A DNA stretch of 64,000 bases from Podarcis cretensis (taxonomy: Eukaryota): the NCBI GenBank assembly GCA_951804945.1, contig OX638149.1:83018001-83082000 (forward strand), read 5' to 3'. The notes below the pieces were generated by a model, which was not told the DNA's origin, did not search any database, and saw only the letters and a program-made list of their open reading frames with translations. The stretch's first letter is position 1; each line of letters opens with the position of its first letter. Of this stretch, positions 63,440 to 64,000 are shown in pieces. Both the position numbers and the translations under genes were made by a program.

Positions 63440-63810
63440 GCCTGCTTCACTACAACTTAGGTCCAGGGTACCTCAGGGATCGCCTGAACCTTTATATCCC
63501 TTTGAGATTAGCAGCAGGAGTGTTCCCTGAGTTGGTGAGGCTCATTTGACAACAATGAGAAACCAAACCCTTAGTGTCATTGGCCCAGTCCTTTGGAATA
63601 CTCTGCCAAGAGAGTTTCAGCAGGCACCTTCTGTGCCATCTTCTAAATGCCTGCTGAAAACCTTTTTATTTCACCAGGCTTATGCAGACAATTAAGAGTT
63701 CATCTTCCACCATGGTTTATTTATGCTTGTTTTTAACTTCTTTTTCTTTTAAATTAGTTTTTATATTTGCTTTTTAAATGTTGGAAATCGCTTTGATATG
63801 TTTTGGGATT
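63440..63810 (+). mobile_element. Decayed LINE (L2-like) 3' end
   Basis: CTTTGGAATACTCTGCC...GCTGAAAACCTTTTTATTTCACCAGGCT followed by a T-rich tail; similar remnants near 4150-4480 and 42400-42560. Confidence 0.45.
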
Positions 63811-63818
63811 TAGTGGTA

Positions 63819-64000
63819 CAGTGGTGCCTCGCAAGACGAAAAGAATCCGTTCCACGATTCTCTTCGTCTAGCGGTTTTTTCGTCTTGCGAAGCAAGCCCA
63901 TTGACGGATTAGCGGATTAGCGCTATTAGCGGTTTAGCGGCTTTTAGCTGCTTTTAGCGGCTTATCGGATAAGCAGATAAGCGGCTTAGCGGCTTAGAAA
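63819..64000 (+). mobile_element. Related Tc1/mariner-type element with internal TTAGCGG-like tandem repeats, truncated by window edge
   Basis: Starts TA|CAGTGGTGCCTCG; repeated TTAGCGG-like units at 63905-63995. Confidence 0.6.

Noticed and set aside
63905-64000. TTAGCGG repeats resembling telomeric or CRISPR-like arrays
   Set aside because: Not TTAGGG, no spacers, and internal to a TA-flanked DNA transposon.

Overview
Vertebrate nuclear DNA from a squamate. Sauria and Squam3-type SINEs point to a lizard, possibly a lacertid (inference). The window holds the conserved SDHAF2(-) / CPSF7(+) / TMEM216(-) / TMEM138(-) / CYB561A3(+) block. I rebuilt every coding exon inside the window by hand from GT-AG sites and reading phase; the last SDHAF2 exon lies left of the window. 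Main surprise: an intact 7-exon, 494-aa fascin-family gene (24431-32401, +) between CPSF7 and TMEM216, where no fascin is known in the human locus. It has extra introns relative to FSCN1, lacks the residues equivalent to FSCN1 Ser39 and Ser274, has an RFX X-box-like promoter element and converges on TMEM216 across a palindromic double AATAAA. It may be a fourth fascin paralogue in the TMEM138/TMEM216 ciliary cluster. Second candidate system: CPSF7 intron 5 contains stop-containing acceptor exons and an AATAAA preceded by three UGUA motifs, suggesting CFIm autoregulation by intronic polyadenylation. Also present: a Sauria SINE nested in a near-identical one, an LTR plus PPT remnant, several MITEs with clean TSDs and a hairpin around an (AT)n tract. 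Most short ORFs in the supplied track are intronic noise.
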